DNA from: a virus
Direction: 5' to 3' (one strand)
DNA length: 64,000 nt
IMG/VR virus record: IMGVR_UViG_3300045988_068596
The position numbers and the translations under genes were made by a program. The notes under the pieces are model-generated. The model had not been told where the DNA came from and did no database searches. It saw nothing but the letters and a program-made list of their open reading frames with translations. Below, piece by piece: positions 18,094-27,393 of the stretch; positions within the stretch are counted from its first letter, which is position 1; the number at the start of each line of letters is the position of its first letter.

Positions 18094-20610
18094 ATGGCGG
18101 TAGAATTACGTTATCCTAGATTTAACCTAGCGTTTTATACAGAAAAAGACGAATATCATATTACGTATGATGCACAGACAGGTGAATCTAATACTTCTGT
18201 AGTAAACAAAGATAATGATTCGGAAGTTTCTAATAACTTTATGATAGAATCCGTTATCAGTTTAACAACAAAAAATTCAATGGAAGATGACAGTGCTGTC
18301 TTTTCTTTTGTTCTAGCCGGAGATGTATACTGGGATAGAATTTTAAAAGCCAATGATGCAGTTGTATTACGGCTTTACCCCGACATAACCAGTGACCTAC
18401 CTGTTAACCCAGTTTTATTAGTTGGGTTAATCTCAGAAGTACGACTTGAAGGAGACTATGGGGAGAACTCTAAGATGTATCGTATTACAGGTCAATCATT
18501 TGCTAAGGCTTTAATGCAATTTGACCTAGGTGTTATTCAAGAAGTTAGTGTTGTATTAACTGATATTGGTTGGTTACCTGATGATGCCCAAGAGGGGGTT
18601 AAGATGACAGGTAGAAGTGCCAGTCAGCTAGCAGAAGGAATGATGAACCGTTTCTTACAGTATATGAAATTTGACTTTAACGGAGAAGGCTTAGAGCGCT
18701 TTTTAGAATGGGAATTAGACAGTTGGACAGAAGCAGAGCGGTTGATAGATAATACCCCGTATATTAACTATGAGGGTTCCCTAAAACAATTGTTAGATGA
18801 CATCACAGCTAAACCATTTAATGAACTGTTCTTTGATGCTACACCGGGAAACAAATGTCGAATGATTATGCGTAGAACCCCGTTTGATAAAGCAGACTGG
18901 GAGAATTTAACTACGTATACTGTAACATCTAAAGAAGTTATTTCTGAGTCAGTAGCAACAAATGATACGGAAGCCTACTCTATCTTTAATATTTCTATAA
19001 ATAACCTTTATGGTACAGACTCTATGATGCTCGGTTCTAAACCACAGGTATTCCCTGCTTTAGTTAATAAGTACGGATACAAAAAACTAGAGGTTGATAA
19101 CAAATACTTGCAGGGTGCAATTGTAGATAACAGTGATAATGCAGATAGTGCGGATACAAATACTGACGGTGATACAGAAACGAACGAAGATACCACTACA
19201 GAAAGACGTACAACTAGAAAAAAAGATACGAATGAATCTAGTGCATTCGACACGACTTACGGTACAGTAATGAACTATCTACGTGGTTACCCATTAGACA
19301 TCTTAAGAGTGAAACGTGGTAATGTTCGAGCCAAGATACTTCAAGTAGACAGACGTATTACAGGAACAATGGCAGATAAAATCATTGACCAGTATATTAC
19401 AACACAGAGCTTGACAAAAGAACAGTTCACAGATATAACTGGTATTAATGAAAAGAATGCTAGCAAGGGAAATGGTAAGGAAAAACCTACTTATAAAAAA
19501 CTTGTGAAGTTCTTGGAAGATTACAAGGATGAAGCAGAGAACAATGAGACTACCACAATCAAGAATGAACTTATGAATGAGTTCAAATTAACAGATAACC
19601 AAGCAACATCTATTGCTAGTGAGTTTGTGGCTAATAAAAGCTTGCGTAAAACTCAATATGACGAAATCATGAAAAACAATCCTAGTGATAGTACAACGGT
19701 ATCTGGTTCTGATACAAAATACGTAAAAGAATTTACGAAACGTTTAGCTAACTGGTACTGCGAAAATCCTAACTTCTATAGTGGAGATATTGTAGTTAAG
19801 GGTAGTCCAGAATATCGTTTAGGCGGACGACTATTCGTTATAGACGAACAGAACAACGAATTGTGGGAATACTATATTGAATCTGTAGAGCATACTTTTT
19901 CTTACACGCAAGGATATACGACAACCCTAGGGGTAACTCGTGGTCTTAAAAACGGAGGTAAAGACCGATTCACACACCTTTGGGACAAGTCAGAAGACTT
20001 CTCAGGAGGTATGTTGGGTGAAAAGACCTTAGAAGCTTTACTAGAAGAGCAAGAAAAGAAAAACAATGAAAACAATAGTAGTTCTGGTTCTAGTGGTGGT
20101 TCAAGCGGTGTTAACCCATCTAATATTCCGGGTGGTACAGTAGCAATGAAAGCTGTAAACTGGGGGCGTTCTCATTCTAAAACAGAATCTTCCTTTAGGT
20201 CTGCATACGACTGGGGAGGCGGACGTACAGGTAAAGACCCATTTGAAAGCTCACCTATTGCTACAGACTGTTCGTCATTTGTATGGTGGTGTTTCAAACA
20301 TGCAGGTGTAGAATTGAATGGTGGAGCAACTGGGATGACTACATGGAGTATTATTGCGGATACGAAACTTGAAACAATAGCTACCCGTGGTCAAAAGAAC
20401 TCTGCTATTTTTGATAAGATGAAGGCAGGAGACATTATCTGGTTCCGTAACTGTGAACATATTGGAATTTACTGTGGTGAAGGAAAAATGGTTGCATGTA
20501 ATGGTTCAGGTAATATGAATGAAAGTCCTACAGCAGGTATTATTGTGTCAGATATGACAAGTGGATACTGGTGGGATACATTCGATGGAGATGTAAAAAG
20601 ATACAATTAA
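18094..20610 (+). CDS. tail-associated lysin: tail/baseplate protein with C-terminal NlpC/P60 (CHAP-like) cysteine peptidase domain
   Basis: 838 aa. C-terminus has catalytic Cys (IATDCSSFVWW) and His (NCEHIGIYCG) motifs. An acidic/Thr-rich linker precedes it. Position after TMP matches the Herelleviridae tail lysin. Confidence 0.8.
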   Translation: MAVELRYPRFNLAFYTEKDEYHITYDAQTGESNTSVVNKDNDSEVSNNFMIESVISLTTKNSMEDDSAVFSFVLAGDVYWDRILKANDAVVLRLYPDITSDLPVNPVLLVGLISEVRLEGDYGENSKMYRITGQSFAKALMQFDLGVIQEVSVVLTDIGWLPDDAQEGVKMTGRSASQLAEGMMNRFLQYMKFDFNGEGLERFLEWELDSWTEAERLIDNTPYINYEGSLKQLLDDITAKPFNELFFDATPGNKCRMIMRRTPFDKADWENLTTYTVTSKEVISESVATNDTEAYSIFNISINNLYGTDSMMLGSKPQVFPALVNKYGYKKLEVDNKYLQGAIVDNSDNADSADTNTDGDTETNEDTTTERRTTRKKDTNESSAFDTTYGTVMNYLRGYPLDILRVKRGNVRAKILQVDRRITGTMADKIIDQYITTQSLTKEQFTDITGINEKNASKGNGKEKPTYKKLVKFLEDYKDEAENNETTTIKNELMNEFKLTDNQATSIASEFVANKSLRKTQYDEIMKNNPSDSTTVSGSDTKYVKEFTKRLANWYCENPNFYSGDIVVKGSPEYRLGGRLFVIDEQNNELWEYYIESVEHTFSYTQGYTTTLGVTRGLKNGGKDRFTHLWDKSEDFSGGMLGEKTLEALLEEQEKKNNENNSSSGSSGGSSGVNPSNIPGGTVAMKAVNWGRSHSKTESSFRSAYDWGGGRTGKDPFESSPIATDCSSFVWWCFKHAGVELNGGATGMTTWSIIADTKLETIATRGQKNSAIFDKMKAGDIIWFRNCEHIGIYCGEGKMVACNGSGNMNESPTAGIIVSDMTSGYWWDTFDGDVKRYN

Positions 20611-20634
20611 CCTCGTTAATAGCGAGGTTTTTTG
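20610..20634 (+). terminator. rho-independent terminator
   Basis: acctcg-ttaatag-cgaggt stem followed by tttttg. Confidence 0.7.
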
Positions 20635-20659
20635 TTGTAAAAAACAAAACTAGTATGTG

Positions 20660-20669
20660 TGCTATAATA
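20660..20669 (+). promoter_or_regulatory. extended -10 promoter motif TGCTATAATA
   Basis: Motif copy upstream of the giant gene. Confidence 0.5.
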
Positions 20670-20708
20670 TTAAGTAGAGACACATACAAGAGAAAGGATG
20701 GTATCAAC

Positions 20709-23700
20709 TTGGCAGGAGGACGTAGATTTCAGGCAGGGTTAGGTTCCGAACATAAAAGATTATACAAAGAAGGACAACAAATTAATACTTTGTTACTAGC
20801 CCAAGTTATCCAAGTTAATTATAAATACAATACAGTTGATTTACTAGCATTACAGCATAAAGAAGTTTTCCAAAACTCCTATGCCAATGAAGGTAGATTT
20901 TCTGCTCGTTTACCAATGGAATTTGGTGGACGAAACCTTGCAGGACAACCATATGGTCAAGTAAACCCTATTGCCGTTGGTACTGTTGTCCTAGTAGGTT
21001 TTATTAACTCTGATAAAGACATGCCGATTGTTATTAGTGTATACAATAACAACGATGTAAATAAACAATTATCCCGTACACGTTTTGCTAATGCAGACCC
21101 TACAGATATGGCTTTAGCGGGACAAATGTATCAAAAATTTAGTTTGTACCCATCTTTAACTTACGATAGTATTGATGGGGATGGTAACCGAGTAGTTACA
21201 TTCTCTGGTAAATCATTTATTGCATTCGATACAAAAGACATGCAAAACTCTCCAATGACAGATGCTAGTTACGGTTCTCGTTATGAAGACTTAGGAACAT
21301 CTTACTATAACGATGGAGAACTAATTGAACCGATGAAAGGTCGAGCACCTAATGTGTTGTTCAAGCACCAAGGTATTCTTGACGATGATAATAAACCCGA
21401 TACACATAATTTCATGATTCACATTAACCCAGATGGAACATACCGTACATCTATGATGGATACGGAACAAGACTGGCGGACAATGTTTGAGATGACACCG
21501 GAGGGTAAAATCCGTTTACGTAGACAAGGGGATACTGTACGTCTAAACGATGGTTTTGAAATTGGTGAACTAGGTATTAATGAAGAAGGTATCGTTTACT
21601 TACGTAATGGGGACATGGACTTAGAAGTTCGTGAAGATGGTATCTACTCCCAAGGTAAACTAATCACAGAAAATATCAATCTTGATGATATTTATGAAAA
21701 ATTAGCTAATGTTACTTTTGAAATTAATAAGACAAATGAGTCCTTACAAATTTTAACTGAGAAATCAGAACTACAAGATGGTAAGATTGTAAATCTAGAA
21801 ACAGAGATTACAATTGTAGCCGGAAAAGTAGAATCTAAAGTAAGTGCAACAGAAGTACAAGACATGATTGATAGCTCTATTGTAGACATGACGGATGCTA
21901 TTAAAAAAGCCCAAGAAGATGCAGATAGAGCAAACCAAGTTATTTCTGATATGGCTAGTGATAATCGCTTGGCTCCTAGTGAGAAGCTAGACTTACTAAA
22001 AGAGTGGGACATCATCAAGAATGAGTATCCAACTTATTTAGCACAAGCTGAACTATACGAAGTAGATAGTACAACTTATACTGCTAAGTATAAAGCTTTA
22101 GAAACATTTGTTACTCCTTTATTGGAAGACATGGAAGCTACTAGTGTAGTAGATGGTTCTATTATGCGTAAAACATTTAGTGCATATTACACAGAACGAA
22201 TCAATTTACTAAATGCAATCACTAAAGGGTTAAAAGATGGTTTAGAAGAGGCAATGAAGAAAGCTTCTCAGGCTTCTGTAGATGCTACACAAGCTTTAGC
22301 TGATTCTGCACAGGCACAAATTGATGCAAACAATGCAAAACAATTGATTGCAGATATTGCTAGTGACGGTAAGCTGACTGCTTCTGAAAAGTACCAATTG
22401 AAAAAAGAATGGGATGTTATTGTTAAGGAGTATCCTACAACAATTGCCCAAGCAACAAAGTACAAAGTAAATACAGATAACTATACTGCTAAGTATAAAG
22501 CTTTAGAAACATTTGTCACTCCTTTGTTTGCGAATATGGATGAAACAAGCGTAGTTAACGGGGAACAACTACGTGCAGTATTTTCTGATTACTATGCTGT
22601 AAAGATTACTTTATTAAAAGAAATCACAGATATTGCTCGTGATGAATTGACTGATTATGGTAACCGTATTACTGTAGCAGAAACAAAAATCACACAAACA
22701 TCCGAAGCTATTACGTTAATGGCTTCCCGAGTGGAAACTGTTGAAAATAATGTTAAAACAAACACAGCTCAATTGAAAGTACAAGCAGACCTAATTAGTC
22801 AGAAAGTAACTGCTAGTGAAGTAAAAGATGCTATTGATAATGCAATTGATAACATGTCTATTGGTGGTTCTAACTTATTTGTAATCAAAACGCAAACAGC
22901 AGGACTATTGAATGAAAATAATGGTACTGTAGGAACAGCCGTAGATAAATCTGTAGTATCTAACTATATCAAGGTAACAGCTAAAATGCCTTATGTAGCT
23001 TCTTTATATGGAAACACAGGGACAAACAGTATTATCATTGCATGGTATGACACAAGCAAAACGTTTATCTCTGGTCAAGCTGTAGCTGATTCTGGTGATT
23101 TCCATAAAACTTATGTTGCACCAGAAAACGCAGTATATGCTCGTTTAAGCTATAAAAAAGCTGATACTGTTAAAATGAAATTTGAAGTAGGTACGAAGCC
23201 AACTGATTACAGCCCGTCATGGGATGATATTAAAGGTGACCAGACTGCTTTAGAGGAATACATTAAACAGGTAGAGGAACAAGCTAAACAAGCACAACAA
23301 GAAGCAGAAAACGCCAAGAATGAAGCAGAAAATGCAAATAGTGCTATTGCTGATATGTCTAATGACAATATGTTAACAGCAAATGAGAAACAACAAATTT
23401 TACTACAATGGGAAGAAATTAAAACGGAATATCCAATTAATTTAGACCAAGCAACTAAATTTGGTGTTTCTGCTACGCAGTATACAACAGCGTACAATGC
23501 TCTAAAAACATATTTAGACCCATTATTAGCAGATATGACAACAACTTCTGTAATTGTTGGTTCTACTATGCGCAGTACATTTAATACGTACTACGACCGT
23601 AGAACAACATTGCTTAATCGTGTAGCTGAACTAGCTAAACAAGTAGCTGACCAAGCTAAGGATACAGCAGACAAAGTAGACGATGACTTAAACAACATTG

Positions 23701-26700
23701 GTGGGTACAACTACATCGGATTCTCTTCCGGAGACCATATGTATCCTCGTTTAATGATTAAGAACATTGGTTACTACTATGTACCTTCTATGGGGAGTGC
23801 AGAATTTGTAGATGACATGGTATGTTTAAAGCCAAAAACAACAGAAAAGAAAGTTCAGTATGAAATTGGCTCCTCATCAGCTAACATATCCGGTGTTGGT
23901 TTAGCAAATTATCGGATGAAAGAAGTTAAAACAGGTCAATGGTTGACTGCTTCTGCAAACTTAAAAGTTGTTGGTACTGGTAAAGCATATATTACTATCT
24001 TTACTTTAGAGAACGGCTCTTGGCAATTTTCACTAAGTGATATGGTTACAGCAAGTCAAGGAGTAACTCGTGTAGTAGCTCAAAGAAAAGTGACAGACCA
24101 AACACAAGGGGTATTCATACGCATCAGTGGAGATATTATTGATGAAGTTCATTTTGGTAATACACAACTTGAAGTTGGTATTCGCTCTACCCCTTGGAAG
24201 AAATCAGATATTGACATTCAAGAAGACATCAACAATGTTGCGGACGATATTAAAGATTATATTGGTGCTCGTTCTGATAACTTAATCACAAATGGTTTTG
24301 GTGAATTGGGGAACAATACGAACATTGGTGGTATCTTTGATGGTGCTGATAGGATTGTAGGTAAAGGTTCCTTCCGTCAAGAAGAAGGAAACAAATCACT
24401 ATTATTCAGTGAACACATTGTTATTGACAATAAGAAAGTTTATAACTTTGATTACTACATGCACACATTAAAAGGTGTTGGTAGAAGTTACGCAATGATT
24501 GCCCCGTATGACGTAGACGGGAAACGTATCACATTTCCTTCTCTCGGGGGACGAAACTACAACTCTGTTACCCCTGTTAAATTTACAAAACTAGCAAAAC
24601 CACTTAAAGTCGGAGATACAGAGGTTTTTGTAGAAGATGCTAGTCTATGGAACGGACAGGCACCGCAAGACTACCAACGTAGTATTATCATGTGGGGTTA
24701 TAAAAACTCGTTCGGCTATACTTATCCCGATGGAACGTATAGTCAGCTAATGCAGATGAAGACATATGATATTGGTGCAGTTGACACCATAGCTAACAAG
24801 ATTACGTTAAACAAGCCATGGGCAGTTGCAAACCCAAATAGTTCAGATGGGATTTTCCCAGTAGGGCATACACTTAGCCCAACTTCTGACGGTTCCACAT
24901 ATCTATATTTGAATGGTCACGTAAATATACAAGTACCTACTACGTACACCAAGTACAGCCATTTGATTAGTGGCTCTTCTGAGTTTGCTAATACAACGCT
25001 TATCCCAGTAGAAACAGGTTCTATCCAACTTGGATTCTTGTTGAACCGTGATACAACAGGTGAAAAATCTTGGCTAAACGGTTTACGTCTACGTGATTAT
25101 ACAGATACGTATAAGCTAAACGATGACGTTAGAGAAACACAAGAAAATGTGGATAAAGCCCAAGCAGATGCAGATAAAGCTAACCAGTCAATTGCTGATT
25201 TATCTAATGATAATCTAGTTACTCCTAACGAGAAACTAGATTTGAAAAAAGAGTGGGAAATCATTGTTGCTGAAAAACCTAAGAATGATGCTCAGGCAGA
25301 TAAATTCGGAGTAAGTAAAGTAGCTTACGGTACTGCGTATACTGCTCTAGATACGTATTTAAAACCCATCTTAGCAAGCACAACAACGAACTCTGCGATT
25401 GTTGGACAAACTATGCGGGATACGTTTAAGGCGTATTACACGGCTCGTACAGACCTGTTAAACGCTATTGCATCTAAAGCTAAAGAATTGGCTGATAATG
25501 CACAAGATACCGCAGATAATATAGCTGTCGGTACTCGTAACCTTTTAATCGGAACACAGGACTTTTTCAAAGGTAAATATCCGGGTAATGCTAACGTTAC
25601 CATTACAGATGAAAAGCTATTTGGAAATGCAGTAATGAAGAATGATTACACTACAGGTACCGGATATTCAGATATGTACCAAATGACGACCTCAATTATT
25701 CCAACAGGAACTCAGTATACACTATCGTTTTATGCAAAGGCAGACCTAGAAGGAACTAAAATGTCTTGTTACTTCTACAACCCAAATACTACGACAAGTA
25801 GTGTAAACAGTCAAGGTGGCAAACTTAGTTCTAGTGACGGTCGTACTGTATTTGTTTTAAGTACAGAATGGACTAAATACTGGGTAACTTGGACACAGAC
25901 ACAGGCAGACAAGCCTAAGTCAGTAATTATTGGTCGTAAGACTGGTGGGGAAGAACCTAACTCTGCTTTCTATATGTCTTCTCCTATGATGGTAGAGGGG
26001 AACAAACCACAAACGTGGATGAAAGCCCCAGAAGACATTGAAACAGCTATAAACGGTAAAGAAGGTGCATGGGTTTACTCCCCAACAGCACCAACAAATC
26101 CGGCTGTTGGTTTAGTCTGGGTAGACTCTTCTAAAACTCCGAACCAACCAAAACGTTGGGTTGGTGGAGAAACTGGATGGGTTGCCTTAACCCCAGAAGA
26201 AGTAAAAGATTTACCTTGGGGTGAAGATGGTTCTAGTCTTGCTGACTGGGTAGCACAAGCAGAGCAAAAGATTTCTTCTGATGCAATCATTAGTACTGTA
26301 CTAGGTTCTGAGGACTTTACCGGTATTTTTGACTCCAAAGCAAATACAGAAGACTTAAATAACCTTGCTTCTTACGATGACTTAGATGCTATGCAAGCTA
26401 AGTATGAACGTCTGTTAAAAGAAGGGATTGCAGGAATTGACTTCTCACCATATGTAACTAACACAGAGCTAGAACAATTGAAAGATAGCTTCACTTTCTC
26501 TGTTCAACAAGCCGGTGGGGTTAATATGTTGAAAAACTCTCTAGGATTCTCTGGGACAGACTTCTGGCAAGCCTCTTCTGGTATAGATACTACTCAGAAT
26601 GAACAGTTGTCTAAATTAGGATTTGGTTCCGGATTTATGATAAACCGAGTTCAAAATGCAACACTAGCTCAGACAATCGAATTACCAGAAGCAAAACAAG

Positions 26701-27305
26701 GTTTGCAGTATGCTTTATCCTTCTACATGAACGTAGCTACTTTTGGAGATGTCACTGATTTCCAATGTGGGGCACATATCTACGAAGAAGGTGTGTTGAA
26801 GTATACTGTTGGGGTAACAGATGCTACACAAGAAATCCCAAGTGACTATCACTTGTATAAACTTGTATTTGAACCAGAGTCTCCGAATACTGTCATTGAA
26901 TTATTTGTTACAAATGGTGCACAGGCAACTGTAATCATTTCAGGGGTTATGTACAATATTGGTAACATTGCGTTGAAATGGCAACCATACCCAAGTGAAA
27001 TCTATAACACGAACGTTAAGATTGATATTAATGGTATTACTGTTAAAAACAATCAGACAGATGGTTATACAATGATTACTCCGCAAGAGTTTTCAGGTTA
27101 CGCAAGGGTTAACGGAGAGATGGAACGTATCTTTACCCTAAATGGTCAGGTAACAGAGGTTAAGATGTTACAAGCAGAGAAGCGTATTACAATGGAACCT
27201 ATTTCCGTGTTTGCGATGAACTCTAAAGAAACCAATACAATTGGTTGGGCGTTTGTTGCTTCCGGAGAGGTTGCACATTCTGCCATAGCATCTCGTACAC
27301 AATAG
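20709..27305 (+). CDS. giant baseplate/tail protein (~2199 aa): gpV/gp5-like spike N-terminal domain, four ~100-aa internal repeats, carbohydrate-binding-like beta-sandwich segments
   Basis: N-terminal block ...GQVNPIAVGTVVLVGFINSDKDMPIVISVYN resembles the baseplate spike OB-fold (Phage_base_V/gp5 N-terminus). Repeats lie at ~21921-22215, 22311-22620, 23327-23620 and 25170-25465 (core ...IADMSNDNxLTxxEKxxLxxEWxxIxxEYPxxxxQAxKFxVxxxxYTxAYxALxTYLxPLL...TSVxxGxxMRxTFxxYY). Probable TTG start at 20709 with RBS AAAGGATGG, downstream of the promoter. The track start at 20571 overlaps the upstream gene and terminator. Confidence 0.6.
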   Translation: MAGGRRFQAGLGSEHKRLYKEGQQINTLLLAQVIQVNYKYNTVDLLALQHKEVFQNSYANEGRFSARLPMEFGGRNLAGQPYGQVNPIAVGTVVLVGFINSDKDMPIVISVYNNNDVNKQLSRTRFANADPTDMALAGQMYQKFSLYPSLTYDSIDGDGNRVVTFSGKSFIAFDTKDMQNSPMTDASYGSRYEDLGTSYYNDGELIEPMKGRAPNVLFKHQGILDDDNKPDTHNFMIHINPDGTYRTSMMDTEQDWRTMFEMTPEGKIRLRRQGDTVRLNDGFEIGELGINEEGIVYLRNGDMDLEVREDGIYSQGKLITENINLDDIYEKLANVTFEINKTNESLQILTEKSELQDGKIVNLETEITIVAGKVESKVSATEVQDMIDSSIVDMTDAIKKAQEDADRANQVISDMASDNRLAPSEKLDLLKEWDIIKNEYPTYLAQAELYEVDSTTYTAKYKALETFVTPLLEDMEATSVVDGSIMRKTFSAYYTERINLLNAITKGLKDGLEEAMKKASQASVDATQALADSAQAQIDANNAKQLIADIASDGKLTASEKYQLKKEWDVIVKEYPTTIAQATKYKVNTDNYTAKYKALETFVTPLFANMDETSVVNGEQLRAVFSDYYAVKITLLKEITDIARDELTDYGNRITVAETKITQTSEAITLMASRVETVENNVKTNTAQLKVQADLISQKVTASEVKDAIDNAIDNMSIGGSNLFVIKTQTAGLLNENNGTVGTAVDKSVVSNYIKVTAKMPYVASLYGNTGTNSIIIAWYDTSKTFISGQAVADSGDFHKTYVAPENAVYARLSYKKADTVKMKFEVGTKPTDYSPSWDDIKGDQTALEEYIKQVEEQAKQAQQEAENAKNEAENANSAIADMSNDNMLTANEKQQILLQWEEIKTEYPINLDQATKFGVSATQYTTAYNALKTYLDPLLADMTTTSVIVGSTMRSTFNTYYDRRTTLLNRVAELAKQVADQAKDTADKVDDDLNNIGGYNYIGFSSGDHMYPRLMIKNIGYYYVPSMGSAEFVDDMVCLKPKTTEKKVQYEIGSSSANISGVGLANYRMKEVKTGQWLTASANLKVVGTGKAYITIFTLENGSWQFSLSDMVTASQGVTRVVAQRKVTDQTQGVFIRISGDIIDEVHFGNTQLEVGIRSTPWKKSDIDIQEDINNVADDIKDYIGARSDNLITNGFGELGNNTNIGGIFDGADRIVGKGSFRQEEGNKSLLFSEHIVIDNKKVYNFDYYMHTLKGVGRSYAMIAPYDVDGKRITFPSLGGRNYNSVTPVKFTKLAKPLKVGDTEVFVEDASLWNGQAPQDYQRSIIMWGYKNSFGYTYPDGTYSQLMQMKTYDIGAVDTIANKITLNKPWAVANPNSSDGIFPVGHTLSPTSDGSTYLYLNGHVNIQVPTTYTKYSHLISGSSEFANTTLIPVETGSIQLGFLLNRDTTGEKSWLNGLRLRDYTDTYKLNDDVRETQENVDKAQADADKANQSIADLSNDNLVTPNEKLDLKKEWEIIVAEKPKNDAQADKFGVSKVAYGTAYTALDTYLKPILASTTTNSAIVGQTMRDTFKAYYTARTDLLNAIASKAKELADNAQDTADNIAVGTRNLLIGTQDFFKGKYPGNANVTITDEKLFGNAVMKNDYTTGTGYSDMYQMTTSIIPTGTQYTLSFYAKADLEGTKMSCYFYNPNTTTSSVNSQGGKLSSSDGRTVFVLSTEWTKYWVTWTQTQADKPKSVIIGRKTGGEEPNSAFYMSSPMMVEGNKPQTWMKAPEDIETAINGKEGAWVYSPTAPTNPAVGLVWVDSSKTPNQPKRWVGGETGWVALTPEEVKDLPWGEDGSSLADWVAQAEQKISSDAIISTVLGSEDFTGIFDSKANTEDLNNLASYDDLDAMQAKYERLLKEGIAGIDFSPYVTNTELEQLKDSFTFSVQQAGGVNMLKNSLGFSGTDFWQASSGIDTTQNEQLSKLGFGSGFMINRVQNATLAQTIELPEAKQGLQYALSFYMNVATFGDVTDFQCGAHIYEEGVLKYTVGVTDATQEIPSDYHLYKLVFEPESPNTVIELFVTNGAQATVIISGVMYNIGNIALKWQPYPSEIYNTNVKIDINGITVKNNQTDGYTMITPQEFSGYARVNGEMERIFTLNGQVTEVKMLQAEKRITMEPISVFAMNSKETNTIGWAFVASGEVAHSAIASRTQ

Positions 27306-27340
27306 AAAGAGGGAGCCTTATCTGTAAGGCTCTCTTTTGT
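27306..27340 (+). terminator. rho-independent terminator
   Basis: agagggagcctta-tctg-taaggctctct stem followed by tttgtt. Confidence 0.7.
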
Positions 27341-27347
27341 TGTGTTG

Positions 27348-27357
27348 TGCTATAATT
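27348..27357 (+). promoter_or_regulatory. extended -10 promoter motif TGCTATAATT
   Basis: Motif copy. Confidence 0.5.
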
Positions 27358-27393
27358 ATATTATGAGAAACAAAACAAGAGGTGAGAAAATAA

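Noticed and set aside
20571-20708. ORF-track start of the giant gene at 20571
   Set aside because: It would overlap the upstream gene, its terminator and the TGCTATAAT promoter. The first plausible in-frame start after the promoter is TTG 20709 with RBS AAAGGATGG.
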